Assembly (NCBI GenBank): GCA_965223325.1
Contig: CBDCWI010000002.1
Location: 1,760,001 to 1,824,000 of the forward strand
DNA from: Candidatus Multivoradales bacterium
Lineage (GTDB): Bacteria; Acidobacteriota; Thermoanaerobaculia; Multivoradales; Multivoraceae
Length of the DNA: 64,000 nucleotides
Reading direction: 5' to 3'
The notes beneath the pieces were generated by a model. That model did not search any database. It was not told where the DNA came from and worked only from the letters and a program-made list of their open reading frames with translations. The translations under genes were made by a program, and so were the position numbers. Within the stretch, counting starts at the first letter, position 1. Every line of letters starts with the position of its first letter. This document shows positions 37,677 through 47,903 of the stretch, piece by piece.

Positions 37677-40600
37677 GTGATGATTCACTTCAGGTTGCCT
37701 TCGCGTCTCTTTCCGCTCGTTGTTCTCCTCGCCTCTGTTTCAACCGCCACCCCCCAGCCAGCCAGAGCCTGGCTCCCCGCCCCCGCACAGGAGTTCGTCG
37801 TCCCCGGCGCCGACGGCGACCTGGCGGCGTTCATCGACCGGCTCCTGGAGAGCCGCGCGGCAGAGCTTCGGTGCGCTGTCGAAAGCGACATCTCGTTGGT
37901 GGTCTCCGCCTCCGGAACGGTCTTGACCTGGGACCACCACGAAGACGGTTTCGAACCCGATCAGCGCACGCCGAGACAAACGACGACCGTGGTCTGGGGT
38001 GACGGCGACCCCAGCAACGGCCAGGCACCAGGCCATCACCTCGATCGCTTCGAAAGCGGAGCCCTGGTCCGGCTCGATAGCGCGAGCGCCAGTGGCCGAA
38101 CCGGCGCTTTTGCGTTCGGCGACGGCGACCGGCTGAGCGCCTCGCGGCCGGTCGCTTTGTCGCGGAGCTTCAGCGCACAGTCACCGCCCGCATGCGGCGA
38201 CAGCGTTCGAGCGACCCTCGGAGTCCTCGACAGCCGGCACTTCGGTCACAACTTCACTGTCCCGGTTGGTGAGCCGGCAAGGAAGGAGCGCTCAGGGCGG
38301 TCGCCCTTCGAGCTGGTGAGTGTTGCACTGACCGCCGGAAGCGAGGAAGCTACCGTGCGCCGTTCCGACACTGGCGAGACACGCGACCTCGAGCCGGGAT
38401 CGAGCACCCTGCTACAGGATGTGGCAGCAGGCACAAAGATCACGGCCTCTTCTCCGGTTCACGCTTCGCTCCTCACCGGAGAGGCAGAAGGCGAGGGCAC
38501 CGCCAATACGCACTGGATCACGCTCCACGACGACTCCGCACTCGCTTCCTCCTATCTTCTTCCAGCGCGAAGCGATGCCAGCCGCGGCGAACAGTGGAGC
38601 GTTTGGCTGCACAACCCCGGCCGGAGGCCACTCGAGGTCGAGGTGACGGTGGGCGGCGAGCCAGAACACAGCCCCCGGCAACTCAGAGTGCACGGCGGAC
38701 ACACGATCGAGGTCTCGCTGCCCAGCGGCGGCGCAGCCCGCCTCGCCAGTCGCGACGGGCGCGGGTTCGTCGCCCTGGCCACCAGCGCATCAACCGCCCG
38801 CTCGAGCCAAAGCAGGGCCGCCGCCCTTGCCCTGGTGCCCGAACATCTCCTGACCGAACAGGTCCTCGTCGCCCCACCGAGCAGAGAGGAGAGCGCCGCA
38901 CTGTGGGTCACGGCTTCGCGCCCCACCACTGTCTACGTGAACTTCGACGGACGAGGAGCCAACCAACCGCCCTACGACGCCGAGTTCACGCTCGCCGGCG
39001 CTCTCTCGACCCTTCAACTCGACGACCGCGACCGCGATCTCGCCGCGACGCGCATCTTTACCGTCGACGGCACGCCTCTGGCCGCGGTCTGGACAACAGG
39101 CCCTCGGTCGTCCAACGTCTGGGATGGAGCCGCCGTGCTGCCGGTCCCTGAGCTTCTGGTCCACAAGACCTCCGCGATCAAGACCGGAGAGGCCCTCCTG
39201 CCCGGTGGCCGCCTGCTCTACGAGCTCACAATTCGCAATGAGGGCACGAGTACCATCGCCGGCTTGAGCCTCTTCGATCAGGCACCGATCTGGACGACCT
39301 ACCTCACCGGTACCACCCGCATCGACCGGCGCACGATCGGGGCACAAGCTCCCGTTGCACCTCTGAGAATCGACGATCAGGCAGGCGAGACCGCCCTGAC
39401 CAGCGGCATCGAGCTGGGTGGCTTGCCTCCCGGCCAGGAGATCGTGGTCAGTTTCGAGGTCGAGCTCGAGCACCAGCTGCCACTCGGGGTCCAAAGCGTG
39501 GGCAGTACCGCCATCGTGCGCGCAGTCGGTCGCCCCACCCAGACGGCTTCTGCCATCGACCGCCCCATCCAACCCAGTCTCGGCCTCTCAAAGCATGTCT
39601 ATCCCGGCCACGACAACGGACAACGGTGCCCCGCGGGAGGCCCGCACAACGTAGAGGCACCACCCAACGCGCCGATCACCTACTGCTTCACACTGATCAA
39701 CGACGGCAACGTCACGCTCGAGGTCGCTCTCGAAGACGAGATGCTCGGCGGCGGCATCGAGGCAGAAGACATGATCCACGTCGCGGGACCCACCGATGGC
39801 CGCCTGCCAGCCGGCGAGAGCCTGGTGCTCGCCTACCCGTCAGACGCCAGGGGAACGCGCATCAACCGCGCGCGAGCCACCGGAACTCCGCTCGGAAGCG
39901 ACGGCCAACTCCTCATCGATGCAGCGGTCGAGGCAATTGACACCGCCGTGATCTCCGTGACGACCGGAAGTCTCGAGATCGACCTGCTCATCGACGGTCA
40001 CGATGCCGACACCCGGGAGCAAGCGGTGCGTGCCGAAACCGGGACACGACTCGAGTTTGTCTACCGCCTCTCCAATTGGAGCGCCGAAGACCTGTTCGAG
40101 CTCCACGTGCAAGACGATCAGAACGGCACACTCGACTGCCCCCAGACAACCCTCGCGGCGGGAGAGTCCGTCGAGTGTAGGCGTTCGGTGGCGGTCGACT
40201 TCGGAACCTTCGCCACCCGCGCCACCGCCAGCGGGCGCCTGGCCTCCGGTGGCACGGTCAAGACCGACGACCTCGGTCATCATGAAGGCTTCTGCGCCCA
40301 GGCGTTACTGGAAAACATTCAGGGCGGCGAGGCACTTGCCACCTTGCGCGCCACGCGCTCGTCCTCGGGATCGACGGTGGCGTCGTTTGCCGCTCCTCTA
40401 GAAACGCTCGTGGAAGTGCGCGCCGCGGTCGCCTGCAGCCAGGCTGAGCTGCCGCGCCCGGGCCAGTGGTCGAGGACCACCTCGGCGCCTTTCGAGCTCA
40501 CCCTCGGGCCTCCTGACTGCGGTGACAGGACCCCTGTCTACGGAGCACAGGCGCGCACTCAGAACGGCGAGTCGGCAACCGGAGTGTTCCAGTGTTCGAG

Positions 40601-41978
40601 CTGCATGGCCGACCGCCGCTTCGATGAACTCAACACCCGACTTCGAGGCGACGGCGGCGGCGAACAGACCGTCGCACTCGGAGTCGACCGCCTCGGCGAC
40701 GCCTACTTCGCTGCGAGGGTGTCGAGCTCCGAAGACCACGACGGCGACGGCCAGGGTGACCTCGACGGCACAACGACCGGTTGGTGCGCCGATCCCGACA
40801 CTCAGATCGCCTTCGATCAGATCCTGGTCGCGCAGGTCGTGCCGGTTCACAGAGACGATGGCTCGATCGACGCGAGTCGCCTCGCAGGAGCAGTCGCTCG
40901 ACCCGAGAACCTGCCGGCGATCTCCTGGATCCTGTCGCAGGACTGGGTCGACCGGCCGGCACCGGTCGGCGCGTACACCTTCGGTGACGTCCAACAGGCG
41001 ATCTGGCTGCTGGCCGACCACCGCCGTGACGTCGCGAGCATTCGACCGTTCCAAGACGCCAACGCCGCCGACATCGCCCGTCGTGCACTGGTGGCGGGCC
41101 ATGACTTCGCCCCGAGCTGCGAGGTCGACCTGCCGGTCCTGCTCGAACCGCGAACGATCAACGGCATCCCCCAGCAACCGGTCTTCGCCGCCACCAGTTT
41201 CGCCCGACTCGTTACCGAATGCGTAGACAGCTGTCCAACGATCAACCAGCCCAGGCTGTTGCTGCGCAAGCTCACCAACGGCGTTGACTCAGACTCACCC
41301 GAAGCGCTCGACCTGCTCCAGGTTCGGCCCGGCGATTCACTCTTGTGGACCTACATCGCCGAGAACGTCGGCAACGAGGTGCTCTTTGACGTCGCGCTCA
41401 GCGACGCCGACCTTGACCTCGAGATCGCCTGCCCGGCGGACACCACGCTACGGCCCGGCGAGCAGTTGATCTGCCAGGCCAGCGGCATCGCAGCGCCCGG
41501 GCTCCGGGGCAGCGAAGCAACGGCGCGCGCCCGTTCCCGTCACCGCGTCCGCACAGCGCATTCAAACGCCAGCTTCTACTCCGCCGAGAACCGGGCAAGC
41601 GTCGCGTTCGATAAGCAGGTGCGACTCTGCGACAGCCAGGGCTGCCGCTGGGCAGACGCGGACTCTCCGAGCGAAGTGATCTTCGAGCCAGGCGACACCA
41701 TCGAGTTCCGCTTTCTGATTGTCAACGACGGCGATGTGGCACTCGATGATCTGGTCGTTCGCGACGACACGCTCGAGGACTGCACCGCGAGCAGCGGCTT
41801 TACTCTCGAACCCGGTGGCGTTGCGACGTGTCGCCGCGTGACCGTCGCCGGCAGCGATCCGGGCCAGTTCGTCAACGAGGCAACACTCGAAGCGACTCCC
41901 GCAGGCGCCAGCGAACCGATCGTCGCCCGCGACCTTGCGTACTGGCGCATCGTCCTCCTGAGAAGTCTGAGATTCTAG
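37677..41978 (+). CDS. Large secreted protein with DUF11/Ig-like repeats and a thioester (TED)-like domain
   Basis: Signal peptide and repeated 'PG..I.Y.F...N.G...L..+.+.D' modules. It also contains GWCAD ... VQQAIW ... PQQPV. Confidence 0.75.
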   Translation: MMIHFRLPSRLFPLVVLLASVSTATPQPARAWLPAPAQEFVVPGADGDLAAFIDRLLESRAAELRCAVESDISLVVSASGTVLTWDHHEDGFEPDQRTPRQTTTVVWGDGDPSNGQAPGHHLDRFESGALVRLDSASASGRTGAFAFGDGDRLSASRPVALSRSFSAQSPPACGDSVRATLGVLDSRHFGHNFTVPVGEPARKERSGRSPFELVSVALTAGSEEATVRRSDTGETRDLEPGSSTLLQDVAAGTKITASSPVHASLLTGEAEGEGTANTHWITLHDDSALASSYLLPARSDASRGEQWSVWLHNPGRRPLEVEVTVGGEPEHSPRQLRVHGGHTIEVSLPSGGAARLASRDGRGFVALATSASTARSSQSRAAALALVPEHLLTEQVLVAPPSREESAALWVTASRPTTVYVNFDGRGANQPPYDAEFTLAGALSTLQLDDRDRDLAATRIFTVDGTPLAAVWTTGPRSSNVWDGAAVLPVPELLVHKTSAIKTGEALLPGGRLLYELTIRNEGTSTIAGLSLFDQAPIWTTYLTGTTRIDRRTIGAQAPVAPLRIDDQAGETALTSGIELGGLPPGQEIVVSFEVELEHQLPLGVQSVGSTAIVRAVGRPTQTASAIDRPIQPSLGLSKHVYPGHDNGQRCPAGGPHNVEAPPNAPITYCFTLINDGNVTLEVALEDEMLGGGIEAEDMIHVAGPTDGRLPAGESLVLAYPSDARGTRINRARATGTPLGSDGQLLIDAAVEAIDTAVISVTTGSLEIDLLIDGHDADTREQAVRAETGTRLEFVYRLSNWSAEDLFELHVQDDQNGTLDCPQTTLAAGESVECRRSVAVDFGTFATRATASGRLASGGTVKTDDLGHHEGFCAQALLENIQGGEALATLRATRSSSGSTVASFAAPLETLVEVRAAVACSQAELPRPGQWSRTTSAPFELTLGPPDCGDRTPVYGAQARTQNGESATGVFQCSSCMADRRFDELNTRLRGDGGGEQTVALGVDRLGDAYFAARVSSSEDHDGDGQGDLDGTTTGWCADPDTQIAFDQILVAQVVPVHRDDGSIDASRLAGAVARPENLPAISWILSQDWVDRPAPVGAYTFGDVQQAIWLLADHRRDVASIRPFQDANAADIARRALVAGHDFAPSCEVDLPVLLEPRTINGIPQQPVFAATSFARLVTECVDSCPTINQPRLLLRKLTNGVDSDSPEALDLLQVRPGDSLLWTYIAENVGNEVLFDVALSDADLDLEIACPADTTLRPGEQLICQASGIAAPGLRGSEATARARSRHRVRTAHSNASFYSAENRASVAFDKQVRLCDSQGCRWADADSPSEVIFEPGDTIEFRFLIVNDGDVALDDLVVRDDTLEDCTASSGFTLEPGGVATCRRVTVAGSDPGQFVNEATLEATPAGASEPIVARDLAYWRIVLLRSLRF

Positions 41979-42556
41979 AGTGGCGCGCGGAAGATTTCTC
42001 GGAGCTCGGTGAAATAGCCGCTCACCTCGATGGTGATGGTCGCTGGCTGGTCGCTGTCGTTGCGCCAGTACCAGCCGTGCATCCCTGAGTACGGCGCACG
42101 AATGGAACCGTGACCCTCGGTCACCGTCTCTTCCTCGACGTACCTCAGGTTGGTGTCGTTGAGGTCGTTGTAGGGCTCGGCGTGAAAGTCGGTGTAGAGG
42201 GCCGGGCCGTCGCTCTTCCACGAGAAAAGTGCGGTATGGCCTGTGACCATGCCGATCTTGACTTCGATCTGCTCGCGCGGTGCCAACGGCACGGTCATCG
42301 TCTCGGTGCGGTGGGGAGCGTCGCGCCTGGTGGTGATGGCTGCGTCGGCGGCGGCAATGTCGTCGGCCTGGCTCGGCCCGGAACCGAGACCATCCAGACC
42401 CAGGAGTCGTCCGGCACCGGTTGGGTCGAGTTGATACTCCGCCGGCAACACCACGGTCACCAGCAACACGGCCGCCACGATCAGAGTGGCCAACAGCGTC
42501 CACAAGATTTTGCGGCGCGAAGGCGGCGGCGGTACGTCACGTTCTGGTTCGATCAC
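41975..42556 (-). CDS. Hypothetical transmembrane-anchored protein (partner of the HupE/UreJ-like gene)
   Basis: 'VLPAEYQLDPTGAGRLLGL' and 'GMHGWYWRN' motifs. Overlaps the upstream stop codon. Confidence 0.8.
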   Translation of the reverse strand: MIEPERDVPPPPSRRKILWTLLATLIVAAVLLVTVVLPAEYQLDPTGAGRLLGLDGLGSGPSQADDIAAADAAITTRRDAPHRTETMTVPLAPREQIEVKIGMVTGHTALFSWKSDGPALYTDFHAEPYNDLNDTNLRYVEEETVTEGHGSIRAPYSGMHGWYWRNDSDQPATITIEVSGYFTELREIFRAPL

Positions 42557-43341
42557 GCTGAGCCACCGTTCATGAAGTAGCCCGTCAGTTGGTAGCCCAC
42601 GAGAACGAAGCCGGCAACCATGAGGAGGGCATTGGTGCGATAGCCATGGCGCTCGAAGCGACCACTGGCACGCCAGGCGTTGAAAAGCACCAGAATCACC
42701 GACAGGGCGAGGACCTGACCGATCTCGACACCAGCGTTGAAGGCCAGCATGTTGCCAACCAGCCCCTCGCGCGAGAGGGCGACTCCTTGAAGCTTGGTGG
42801 CCAATCCGAAACCGTGAAAGAGACCGAATATCAGCACCGCTCCACGGGTATCGAACGGCAGACCGAGTGCCCGAAAGCCCCCAATGTTCTCGAACCCCTT
42901 GTAGGCCACCGACAGGCCCACCACCGCATCGACCAGAAACGGATTGGCGTGAACACCGCCGAGAACTCCGATCAAGAGAGTCAAACTGTGACCGATGGTG
43001 AACAAGGTGACGTAGAGCGCAACGTCCTTCAACCGATACAGGAAGAAGATCACGCCGGCTAGAAACAAGAGATGATCGAAGCCAGTCACCATGTGCTTGG
43101 CGCCCAGGTAGGCGTAGGGCCCGATCGCCAGGCCAGCGTTTCGCAGCATGAACTGCTCGTCACGACCGGCAACGTTGTGGGCGGCTGCCAGATCAGCGAA
43201 GAGGAACACGGCAGATGCGGCGACAAGCAACAGCCACCATCGCCGCGAAACTCTCGCCGGTGGGTTCGCGATATGGTTCCCACCCCTTCTGCGCGGGCCG
43301 ACCGGGCATGACGGGATGACCCCGCGCAGCCCTTCGAACAA
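42553..43341 (-). CDS. HupE/UreJ family membrane protein (putative metal transporter); start uncertain
   Basis: LGAKHMVTGFDHLLFL, FTIGHSLTL, FGLFHGFGLA and FNAGVEIGQ motifs. Mature N-terminus AH-NV. Confidence 0.82.
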   Translation of the reverse strand: MFEGLRGVIPSCPVGPRRRGGNHIANPPARVSRRWWLLLVAASAVFLFADLAAAHNVAGRDEQFMLRNAGLAIGPYAYLGAKHMVTGFDHLLFLAGVIFFLYRLKDVALYVTLFTIGHSLTLLIGVLGGVHANPFLVDAVVGLSVAYKGFENIGGFRALGLPFDTRGAVLIFGLFHGFGLATKLQGVALSREGLVGNMLAFNAGVEIGQVLALSVILVLFNAWRASGRFERHGYRTNALLMVAGFVLVGYQLTGYFMNGGSA

Positions 43342-43365
43342 GCCAATCTTCAAGATCTCTCCCTG

Positions 43366-44928
43366 GTGACCAAAGGCAGTATAGCCACACCCGATCCGGC
43401 CTACTTGCTGCGCATCCTGGCAGCCAGGGTCTACGACGTCGCGGTCGAAACGCCGCTCACCGAAGCGACCGGAATCTCGCGCCGCCTCGGCTGTCGCGTG
43501 CTGCTCAAGCGTGAAGACCTGCAGTCGGTGTTCTCGTTCAAGCTGCGCGGGGCCTACAACAAGATCGCCCACCTCGCGGCCGATGAGCAGAAGCGTGGCG
43601 TCATCTGCGCCTCGGCCGGCAACCACGCCCAGGGCGTCGCCCTGGCAGCCAAGCGCCTGGGAACGCGAGCTGTCGTCGTCATGCCCGAGACCACGCCGAA
43701 GATCAAAGTCGAAGCGGTACACGCGCTCGATGGCGAAGTTGTCCTCTGCGGCGAGACTTACGACGATGCCTATCTCGAGGCCAGGGGGCGGGCCGACCGC
43801 GAGGGGCTGGTCTTCGTTCATCCATTCGACGACCCCGAGGTCATTGCCGGCCAGGCAACCATCGGTCAGGAAATCCTGCGGCAGCACGAGGCGCCGCTCG
43901 AAGCCGTCTTCGTGCCGGTTGGCGGCGGCGGTCTGGCGGCTGGAGTGGCGTTCTGGATCAAGACTCTGCGGCCCGAGATCGAGGTCTGGGGTGTCGAACC
44001 CGAAGATGCAGCGGCGATGCACGCCGCCTTCGAAGCCGGCGAGCCAACGACTCTCGACGAGGTCGGAACATTCGTCGACGGTGTCGCTGTGCGACGTGTT
44101 GGTGCGGAGACCTACCGCTTGTGCCGTCAATACCTCGACGGCATTATCCTGGTCACGACCGACGAGGTCTGCGCGGCCATTCGCTCGGTCTTCGAAGACA
44201 CCCGCGCGATCATGGAACCAGCCGGGGCCCTGGCCGTCGCCGGATTGATTCGCCACATGAGCGAGCGCTCGGTGGGTGGCGATCCCGAAGACGACCAGGC
44301 GACGCACGTCGCGATCACCGGCGGCGCGAACATGAACTTCGACCGTCTACGTCACATCGCCGAGCGCACCGATCTCGGCGCCGGTCGCGAAGCTCTTCTG
44401 GCCGTCGAGATCCCCGAGCGCAAGGGAAGCTTCGAGAGGTTCTGCAGCGTCATCGGTGAACGCCACGTCACCGAGTTCAACTATCGCTTTGGCGATCCCG
44501 AGCGCGCCGCGATCTTCGTGGGGGTCGAACTGCGTCACCACGACGAGCGCCGGGTCCTGATCGAGGAACTGGAAGCGGCCGGCTACCCTGTCGTCGACCT
44601 CTCTGAGAATGAGGCCGCCAAGATGCACGTGCGCTACATGGTCGGCGGCTATGGTCACGGAGTCGAGAACGAGCGCCTCCTGCGCTTCCGGTTTCCCGAG
44701 CGGCGGGGCGCCCTGCGCGATTTTCTCCGCGCGATTGGCAGCCACTACAACATCTCGCTCTTCCACTACCGCAACCACGGCGACGACTCCGGCCGCGTCC
44801 TGGCGGGCCTGCAGGTCCCCGAAGCCCAGTACGACGCTTTCGAAGCTCACCTCGACGACCTGGGTTTCCCCTGGCAAGACGAGTCCGCCAACCCCGCCTT
44901 CCGGCTGTTCCTGGCAACGCGTTCCTGA
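43366..44928 (+). CDS. ilvA: Threonine ammonia-lyase, biosynthetic
   Basis: KREDLQSVFSFKLRGAYNK, SAGNHAQG, VGGGGL and GANMNFDRLR motifs, plus two C-terminal ACT domains (IPERKGSF, FPERRGAL, NISLFHYRNHG). Confidence 0.95.
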   Translation: MTKGSIATPDPAYLLRILAARVYDVAVETPLTEATGISRRLGCRVLLKREDLQSVFSFKLRGAYNKIAHLAADEQKRGVICASAGNHAQGVALAAKRLGTRAVVVMPETTPKIKVEAVHALDGEVVLCGETYDDAYLEARGRADREGLVFVHPFDDPEVIAGQATIGQEILRQHEAPLEAVFVPVGGGGLAAGVAFWIKTLRPEIEVWGVEPEDAAAMHAAFEAGEPTTLDEVGTFVDGVAVRRVGAETYRLCRQYLDGIILVTTDEVCAAIRSVFEDTRAIMEPAGALAVAGLIRHMSERSVGGDPEDDQATHVAITGGANMNFDRLRHIAERTDLGAGREALLAVEIPERKGSFERFCSVIGERHVTEFNYRFGDPERAAIFVGVELRHHDERRVLIEELEAAGYPVVDLSENEAAKMHVRYMVGGYGHGVENERLLRFRFPERRGALRDFLRAIGSHYNISLFHYRNHGDDSGRVLAGLQVPEAQYDAFEAHLDDLGFPWQDESANPAFRLFLATRS

Positions 44929-44960
44929 CCGCGCTCCTTTCGGACGCCCTCGAGGCGCCG

Positions 44961-46511
44961 TTACGAGGACGCGACTTCCCGGTCGAGGACTGCGACGGTG
45001 TCGTCGTAGCGACGGCGGGCACCGGCAATGTCTTCAGCAATGGCGAGCACGCCCAGCTTCCCGAACTCAGAAAGCGCACCGATGAGGTGAAAGACCACGC
45101 CTTCTTGTGCCGCACCATGAAAGTGAAGCTGATGACGGGCCGCGATATCGATCAGGTCGTCTGGCACGAGCCCCTGGTACTCGGTGCGTAGCAGGCTGTC
45201 GGTCGCATAGTAGGAACATTGGCGGCCACCGGCGGTCAGGAAGAGACCGGTCTCCTCGTCATAGGAACCGTCGGTCAGAAACTGCAGCATCAGAAACGGA
45301 TGCGTTGTGCCGCCCTTGCGCACGTTGATTTCAATGGCGTAGTGCTGCCAGCCGGTCGCGGTACGTACAGAAACGAAGTCGACTCCGTAGCGCCCCAGGA
45401 CCTTCTGATGTGCCAGTTCGCCGCCGACCTCGAGGCCCATGCGCTGGACGTCGAGTCGATAATCCTCATGGGCTGGGAAGGTCGAGCCCAGGAACATCTG
45501 CCCGGTGGTTCCGCCGAGCTCCTGGTCGTGCGTCGAAACCGGATGCACCTTGCCCAGAGGGTCGATACGCCCCTGCATCGACGGCGACTCTTTGTGGTCG
45601 CCCGCAACGAAACACTCGACGATGCCACCCATCTCGTCGAACATCTCGCTGAAGCGCGGCCACTCGAGTCCCTTCGCTTCACAGCGCACCCGCGCCGGCA
45701 CCTCACGCCTGATCACCGAAGCCAGGTCGGACCCGACTTCGATATCACCGACATCACAGAGGGCATTGCCTTCACCAGAAGCCCCCTGCTCGAGCTTGAT
45801 GACCAGCTTCTCCTGCCCGGGGTTGCGTTGCTTGAGCGCTGCGACCGCGGCCAACAGATCCTCGGTGTCGCGCAGGTCTTCGAAACCGTCCGGGGTGGGT
45901 ACTCCGACCCGTTTGAAGATCTCGCGGGCACCACTCTTGGTTCCCGAGCGCTCGACCGCGGGGTCGCAACCGTAGATCGGCAGCCCAAGACGCACCGCCA
46001 GGGTGCGCTCGAGGGCGGTGACCACGAAGCAGCTCATGTGTGAGTCCGAGCCAACCTCGATCTCTTGACGGATTCTCTCGACCAACCGCGGTCGCGCCAG
46101 GACCTTCTCAGTCAACGGAATCGGTGACGCGTCGTGACAGGCAATGAAGCGCAGCCGCTGATGCGCGTGGGTGCTCGGAATGCCCGGCAACAGGTGCAGG
46201 TAGTACTCGATGATCGACGGATGGATGGGCAGACTGCTCAGGAAGACGAGGCGGGTTCTCGGCATCCGCAACAGGAGCAAGAGGCACAGCATGCGTTCCT
46301 CGTAGTGCTGCACGCCGTCGATGCGTGCCAGGACCTCGGGCTCCATGCTCAAGCTCGGGTTGACGATGATCGTCCGCGGGGCATTGCGATCGGCGAAGAT
46401 CCGCTGGTACTGCTCGATGAACGACGCCTGCAAAGAGTCGAAGGCGTTGAGCTCGAGCTCGCTTCCCGGCACACCAGGGTCAGGACGAGAGTCGCTCTTG
46501 CCCGGAATCAT
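44961..46511 (-). CDS. PGM1-related ATP-grasp peptide ligase
   Basis: HYEERML, GTKSGAREIF, KLEQGASGEGNA, SPSMQ, STHDQ and AIEINVRKGGTTHP motifs. Confidence 0.82.
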   Translation of the reverse strand: MIPGKSDSRPDPGVPGSELELNAFDSLQASFIEQYQRIFADRNAPRTIIVNPSLSMEPEVLARIDGVQHYEERMLCLLLLLRMPRTRLVFLSSLPIHPSIIEYYLHLLPGIPSTHAHQRLRFIACHDASPIPLTEKVLARPRLVERIRQEIEVGSDSHMSCFVVTALERTLAVRLGLPIYGCDPAVERSGTKSGAREIFKRVGVPTPDGFEDLRDTEDLLAAVAALKQRNPGQEKLVIKLEQGASGEGNALCDVGDIEVGSDLASVIRREVPARVRCEAKGLEWPRFSEMFDEMGGIVECFVAGDHKESPSMQGRIDPLGKVHPVSTHDQELGGTTGQMFLGSTFPAHEDYRLDVQRMGLEVGGELAHQKVLGRYGVDFVSVRTATGWQHYAIEINVRKGGTTHPFLMLQFLTDGSYDEETGLFLTAGGRQCSYYATDSLLRTEYQGLVPDDLIDIAARHQLHFHGAAQEGVVFHLIGALSEFGKLGVLAIAEDIAGARRRYDDTVAVLDREVASS

Positions 46512-46571
46512 CGCCTTCTCCTTCCAGCCAACGCAGGTTCACTTGTCACCATGACGGCTCTTTGAAAGTTA

Positions 46572-47864
46572 CTACCCATTCGACGCGGCGGCACCCGCCC
46601 TGCGGGAAATCGCAAGCAGGCGCCCTACCAACCCGAGCTGCAGGACGACGAAAAACACGACGACAACCAGCACGTGCCCGGGCGTCTCGACGCTGCCAAC
46701 CCACACAGGATCCCACAACGCCGCCAGCAAGAGCCCAACGACGGCCGCGTTGACTCCATCGAGCGCAGCGCGCAGGCGCTTCTTCGACCGCACGCTCTCC
46801 CAGGCCGGCAACAAACCGCCGACCAGCAGAAACGACGGCAGGTAGAGCGCACAAAGAGCCAGCAAGCCACCCAACACACCGCCGGGGCCAACGTTCGCCG
46901 CTGCGCCAACGAACGCACCGAACGCAAACAGTGGGCCCGGCAGTCCCTGGGCGGCGCCGTAGCCAGCCAGGAAGACCTGTTCGTCGACCAGATCGGTGCG
47001 CACAACCTCGTCCTCGAGCAACGGCAACACCACGTGGCCGCCGCCGAACACCATCGCACCCGAGCGGTAAAGACGCGGCATCAGCTCGGCGTTGCCGGCC
47101 GAGCTGACCAGCGACAAGCTGGCCACCAGCAAGATGGCAAAACCAACGACCGCAACGCGGCCGCCCACTCCTCCACCGCCGCGCACCCAGAGCGTCGCCT
47201 CCTCCTGCGAGCCAGCGCTTTCCAGCTCAACGGTGCGTCCCCATTGCAGGAGGCCGGCTGCCCCCACCAGCGCCGCAACCACGAGCAGTACCAACTGCCA
47301 TCGCGCACCATCGAACGGCGGCGGCAGCGGCACCAACAGCAGTACGAGCACCACCAGGGCCATCAACCGGCGGGGCCAGTCGGGGCAGAGGCGCCTGCCC
47401 ATCTGCCAGCACGCGCGGGCGACGACGGCGACGGCCGCGAGCTCGAGGGCCCTGACCCATCCGGTATTCAAGTCCTCGACGTACGCCAACGACAGCGCAA
47501 ACATGATCATCAGGATCGCCGATGGCAACGTAAAGCCCGTCCAGGCCGCGAAGAGCCCCCGCCAGCCCGCCTGCCGAAAACCGATCCCCATTCCCACCTG
47601 AGAGGAAGCCGGCCCCGGCAGGAATTGGCAGAACGCCACCAGGTCGGCGTACTCGCGGTCGCCGAGCCAGCGATCGCGCTCGACGAAACGTTCGCGAAAG
47701 TAGCCGAGGTGGGCGACCGGGCCGCCGAACGACAAACACCCCAGGCCGAGGAACCGCCAGAACACCTCGAGCGTTCCAACGGCGCCTGGTTCCTGCAGGG
47801 TTGCCGCGTCCCCCCCTTGCCAACCACTCTCTGCCGCTTCCCTGGACTCCCCGCTCTTCGTCAT
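46572..47864 (-). CDS. chrA: Chromate efflux transporter
   Basis: SFGGPVAHLGYF, CQFLPGPASSQVG, VFGGGHVVLPLL and GYGAAQGLPGPLF motifs. Confidence 0.93.
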   Translation of the reverse strand: MTKSGESREAAESGWQGGDAATLQEPGAVGTLEVFWRFLGLGCLSFGGPVAHLGYFRERFVERDRWLGDREYADLVAFCQFLPGPASSQVGMGIGFRQAGWRGLFAAWTGFTLPSAILMIMFALSLAYVEDLNTGWVRALELAAVAVVARACWQMGRRLCPDWPRRLMALVVLVLLLVPLPPPFDGARWQLVLLVVAALVGAAGLLQWGRTVELESAGSQEEATLWVRGGGGVGGRVAVVGFAILLVASLSLVSSAGNAELMPRLYRSGAMVFGGGHVVLPLLEDEVVRTDLVDEQVFLAGYGAAQGLPGPLFAFGAFVGAAANVGPGGVLGGLLALCALYLPSFLLVGGLLPAWESVRSKKRLRAALDGVNAAVVGLLLAALWDPVWVGSVETPGHVLVVVVFFVVLQLGLVGRLLAISRRAGAAASNG

Positions 47865-47903
47865 CTAGGCCCCGTCGGCCGATGGATGCGTTGGGGCCAA
47901 GCC

